Shown in pieces: positions 7,524 to 10,414 of a stretch of 10,414 bases of DNA. Made by a program: the position numbers and the translations under genes. Source of the DNA: a bacterium (GTDB taxonomy: Bacteria; SZUA-182; DTGQ01; JAFGSM01); assembly GCA_049472355.1 (NCBI GenBank), contig JBLIRP010000111.1:1-10414 (forward strand). Reading direction: 5' to 3'. The notes beneath the pieces were generated by a model. That model was not told the DNA's origin and did not search any database. It saw only the letters and a program-made list of their open reading frames with translations. Each line of letters begins with the position of its first letter. Position 1 is the stretch's first letter.

Positions 7524-7552
7524 ATACTAATATAATCTTACATCCCTGTCAA
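7524..7552 (-). promoter_or_regulatory. Sigma70 promoter for the rhodanese/molybdoenzyme cluster
   Basis: Minus strand TTGACA (7552-7547), 17 nt spacer, TAGTAT (7529-7524), in AT-rich DNA about 180 nt upstream of the start codon. Confidence 0.65.
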
Positions 7553-7661
7553 CCCCCATAGGACACAATATCAGATTGAACATAATGATTCTTTGGCGAA
7601 TGGGCCCCACCAGTTCACGCACAGGGGTATTGCCGGAATGGCCCCTCTTAATGGCATTACC

Positions 7662-7711
7662 TTGACATATCAAAAAATATTGTTTAGGCTATACACATTG
7701 GGAGGTGTATA
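7662..7711 (+). promoter_or_regulatory. vapBC promoter with inverted-repeat operator
   Basis: TTGACA (7662-7667), 17 nt spacer, TAGGCT (7685-7690). Inverted repeat TATACAC (7690-7696) / GTGTATA (7705-7711) brackets the GGAGG RBS. Confidence 0.65.
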
Positions 7712-7714
7712 ACT

Positions 7715-7918
7715 ATGCGCACAAATATCGTCCTGGATGAAAAACTTGTTCAAACGGCATTCAAATACGCACATGTAAAAACCAAGAAGGATCTGATTAC
7801 CTTGGCCTTGAAGGAATTCGTGGAAAACCACAGCCGATTGGATCTCCGTGATTTGCAAGGAGAGATTGAATTCAGCAAGGATTATGATCATAAAAAGCTG
7901 CGACAAGGAAAAATGTAA
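7715..7918 (+). CDS. vapB: Type II antitoxin, VapB family
   Basis: MRTNIVLDEKLV..A......TKKDLI..ALKEFV signature. GGAGG RBS. TAATG overlap with the PIN gene. Confidence 0.9.
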   Translation: MRTNIVLDEKLVQTAFKYAHVKTKKDLITLALKEFVENHSRLDLRDLQGEIEFSKDYDHKKLRQGKM

Positions 7919-8316
7919 TGGTCTTGGTTGATACATCTATTTTTATCGATTTCTTTAAAAAAATTAGAAACAAGGGCGTTGAAAAATTCAGTGACATCCT
8001 GTCCAGAAATATCCCTTATGGAATAAATACCTATATCTATCAAGAACTATTACAGGGAACTGCGTCAGAAAGGGACTATACATTATTAAAAAGGTACCTG
8101 GATACGCAAGTATTTTATGAATTACACAACGGAAGGGAATCATTTGCCGAGGCCGCCATGATATATTTTAAATGCAGGAGGGCGGGTTTTACCATACGCA
8201 GCACCATAGACTGTTTGATCGTACAGACCGCGGTGGAAAACAATGTGGCATTGCTGCACAACGATTCTGACTTCGATCGCATACAAGGGATCATCAATGG
8301 ATTGACGATCTATTAA
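7918..8316 (+). CDS. vapC: PIN-domain toxin VapC
   Basis: LVDTS, QELLQG, STIDCLI and LLHNDSDFDRI; the acidic catalytic residues are intact. Confidence 0.93.
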   Translation: MVLVDTSIFIDFFKKIRNKGVEKFSDILSRNIPYGINTYIYQELLQGTASERDYTLLKRYLDTQVFYELHNGRESFAEAAMIYFKCRRAGFTIRSTIDCLIVQTAVENNVALLHNDSDFDRIQGIINGLTIY

Positions 8317-8874
8317 TTAACCGATTACCAGTCTTTCCCCGAGAACGCGTGCCTGCGCAAGGCTCGCCGGCTTCTTCAGGACGTCGCCCTTACCACCTAC
8401 CCCCGGCACCAGGACCTTGCCTACGAGATCCATCTCCAGATACGCAAGGCTCTTCTCAAAGAATACCACCACAGGCCCTGCCATCTCCGCACCCTCCTCT
8501 TCATACGGAACGGCTATGGCTGCACGCGTGCCCCGTATCCCGGCGTGATTTTCAGGACAGTTGAAGTACACGAACCGGTCAACAAATCCCTTCATCAATG
8601 CCGTTGGCCCATACCAGTAAACCGGCGTCCCGAAAACAAGTGCATCAGCCTCGATGATCCTCGGGTAGAGCGTATTCATGTCGTCCTGTTTGCTGCACCC
8701 CTTCCCCCTCCAGCAGGCATGACACCCGTCACACTCCTTGATCTCGAGGTCATCGAGGAAAAGGACCTCCGTCGCGGCCCCATGCGCTGCCGCACCTTCC
8801 AGAATCGTGGAAACCAGGATATGGGTGTTTCCGTTCCTGCGCGGACTCCCCACAACCCCGAGTATCTTCCTCAT
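8317..8874 (-). CDS. Iron-sulfur flavoprotein (Isf-like flavodoxin / NADPH-dependent FMN reductase family)
   Basis: GSPRRNGNT FMN loop, compact CDGCHACWRGKGC [4Fe-4S] motif, GTPVYW and MKGFVDR. Start probably ATG8874 after GAGGA; alternatives are 8889 and 8895. Confidence 0.92.
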   Translation of the reverse strand: MRKILGVVGSPRRNGNTHILVSTILEGAAAHGAATEVLFLDDLEIKECDGCHACWRGKGCSKQDDMNTLYPRIIEADALVFGTPVYWYGPTALMKGFVDRFVYFNCPENHAGIRGTRAAIAVPYEEEGAEMAGPVVVFFEKSLAYLEMDLVGKVLVPGVGGKGDVLKKPASLAQARVLGERLVIG

Positions 8875-9051
8875 CCGATCCTCAGACATGTTCACATTGC
8901 CCCATCATGTAAGCATGAGTACCATTCGCAGCAACCCCATCGCCTGCAATTCTGAGAGCCTGGGACACCTTCCTGCATCAGTGACCATAGCAGGGAACAT
9001 GAGTAAGGAACATGCCGTAAGACGAGCGCATACCGTTTTTTCAAGCCCTTA

Positions 9052-10047
9052 TCACTCCATTGTGAGTATGTGTAGGCCCTTGTCTCCGTCCGCCACATAG
9101 ACGTATTTATCATCAGCGGCGATCCCCCTGGCGGTCCCCGGGGTATCGAATCCGGCAATGAATCGCGGCGATGCCGGGCTGCTTATATCGAGCACCTGCA
9201 CCCCTGCCTCGCAATCGGCTACAAAGGCACGATCCCCCATGATCGCAACCTCGCAGCTATTTCCCGGCGTATCATATGCACCGATAATTGCAGGGTTCTT
9301 CACATCATGAATGTCCACCACCTGCACGCCCGAGTCCCATGAGGCAATGTAGGCATATTCACCCTTTAAGGCAACCTTGTGTGGTCGCCCCGGTATCTTC
9401 AGCAGTCCCATCGGCCACGGGACCTCAGGTTTCTTTACATCCACGATCTGGAGGCCCTTATCCTTATCCGCAAGATACAGAAGGTCCCCGTGCAAGGAGA
9501 TCCCACAGGTGTCACCAGGTGTTTCACATTCACCGACAAAGACGGGTGCCGCCGTATCCTTGACATCTATGATCTGCAGTCCCTTTTCGCTGTCCGCAAT
9601 GTACGCATAATCATTCCGAAAGGCCACCCCGCATGCATAGCCGCCGGTTTTATGCTGCGTGATACCCTGTGGTGCCGAGGGGTTGGTCACATCCACGATC
9701 TGAATCCCCGCGCGGCAATCGGCTATGACCGCCGTATTCCCGGAAACGACCACGTCACAGGCGTACCCCGGGGTGTCATACGTGCCGGCAAGGCGAGGCA
9801 ATGTGGGAGTCGAAACGTCGATAATCTGGAGCCCGCCATCACCATCCCCCACATAGGCATACGAGCCCATGATGGTTACCGAGCGGGCGTCTCCAGGGGT
9901 ATCGTACCCCCCTACCCTGCGCAGTACGGCCGTTTTTTCACCTGAGGTTGATTCAGCCCGACATGCATAATGGAAGGAAACATACGAATAACATACGACG
10001 ACCACAACTGGAAAAACGACAACTGACAAAGAGATTCTTCGTAACAT
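9052..10047 (-). CDS. Exported/anchored LVIVD-repeat 7-bladed beta-propeller protein
   Basis: AGGGG RBS and an N-terminal hydrophobic segment. Seven 42-aa repeats of the type GxYDTPGxAxxVxxxGxYAYxADxxxGLQIIDVxxPxxP. Confidence 0.92.
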   Translation of the reverse strand: MLRRISLSVVVFPVVVVVCYSYVSFHYACRAESTSGEKTAVLRRVGGYDTPGDARSVTIMGSYAYVGDGDGGLQIIDVSTPTLPRLAGTYDTPGYACDVVVSGNTAVIADCRAGIQIVDVTNPSAPQGITQHKTGGYACGVAFRNDYAYIADSEKGLQIIDVKDTAAPVFVGECETPGDTCGISLHGDLLYLADKDKGLQIVDVKKPEVPWPMGLLKIPGRPHKVALKGEYAYIASWDSGVQVVDIHDVKNPAIIGAYDTPGNSCEVAIMGDRAFVADCEAGVQVLDISSPASPRFIAGFDTPGTARGIAADDKYVYVADGDKGLHILTME

Positions 10048-10188
10048 GGCAGATACCCCTATTTAGTCCTTACGGCGTCTGAAATGTTCGGATAACCATA
10101 GAATGGGCTTCACGAATGGGCTTTCCTTACCAAAAAAATGATTTCCCTTGAGCAATCGCATTGGATTGTATTCAGCCTTAACACATTC

Positions 10189-10414
10189 TTAAAATATCTT
10201 GAGCGCCCAATGTCTTTCCCCGATTCTGACCAGTTCTCCGGAGGCCATCATCCTTTGCCGTCGCTTTTTGTCAAGCGCCAGAAAGAGCCTCTCCTCCAAC
10301 TCATCCCGGGGCCTGTCCCTTACCGATCTCGTTTTAAAGGCGTTTCGAAAACTGCATAGCATAGCTGTATACTTGATGCGATTGTTCCGATAATATTCAT
10401 CGAATCGCACCTTC
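10189..10414 (-). CDS. Hypothetical protein, probably the C-terminal part of a gene starting beyond the window
   Basis: Frame is open to the right edge and co-oriented with neighbours. The sequence is protein-like (ELEERLFLALDKKRRQRMMASGELVRIGERHW) but no family is recognised. Confidence 0.5.
   Translation of the reverse strand, partial: KVRFDEYYRNNRIKYTAMLCSFRNAFKTRSVRDRPRDELEERLFLALDKKRRQRMMASGELVRIGERHWALKIF

Noticed and set aside
8882..9031. Minus-strand frame with an internal TGA (..CYGH*CRK..) as a possible small selenoprotein
   Set aside because: No RBS, no clear SECIS and no recognisable family.
9052..9915. 126-bp periodicity as a CRISPR array or DNA repeat element
   Set aside because: It is explained by degenerate protein-coding LVIVD repeats; there are no identical repeats with spacers.
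1032..9945. Numerous long plus-strand and alternate-frame ORFs (e.g. 1318-2184, 4152-4778, 5019-5744, 9379-9945)
   Set aside because: They are shadows of well-supported genes in GC-rich DNA and show no motifs.

Overview
Prokaryotic window, mostly GC-rich coding DNA with an AT-rich patch at about 7470-8320. The style suggests an anaerobic Desulfobacterota/Syntrophales-like bacterium, but that is inference only. The core is a minus-strand cluster (7342->1020) for a periplasm-facing complex iron-sulfur molybdoenzyme. In transcription order it encodes an exported rhodanese, a small exported TPR-like protein, a Tat-exported PhsA/PsrA-like Mo/W-bisPGD catalytic subunit, a TorD/DmsD chaperone, an exported FGE-sulfatase-domain protein, an FdnH-like 4x[4Fe-4S] subunit with a membrane anchor, and an FdnI-like di-heme cytochrome b. 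The rest of the window holds an internally duplicated zinc-ribbon membrane protein (+), a vapBC toxin-antitoxin pair (+), an iron-sulfur flavoprotein (-), a 7-blade LVIVD beta-propeller (-) and a probable partial ORF at the right edge. The most notable signals are (i) the operon architecture, with an FGE-like gene overlapping the Fe-S subunit gene, and (ii) a propeller whose blades carry Cys/His/Arg at one equivalent position, suggesting a thiol-lined central pocket.
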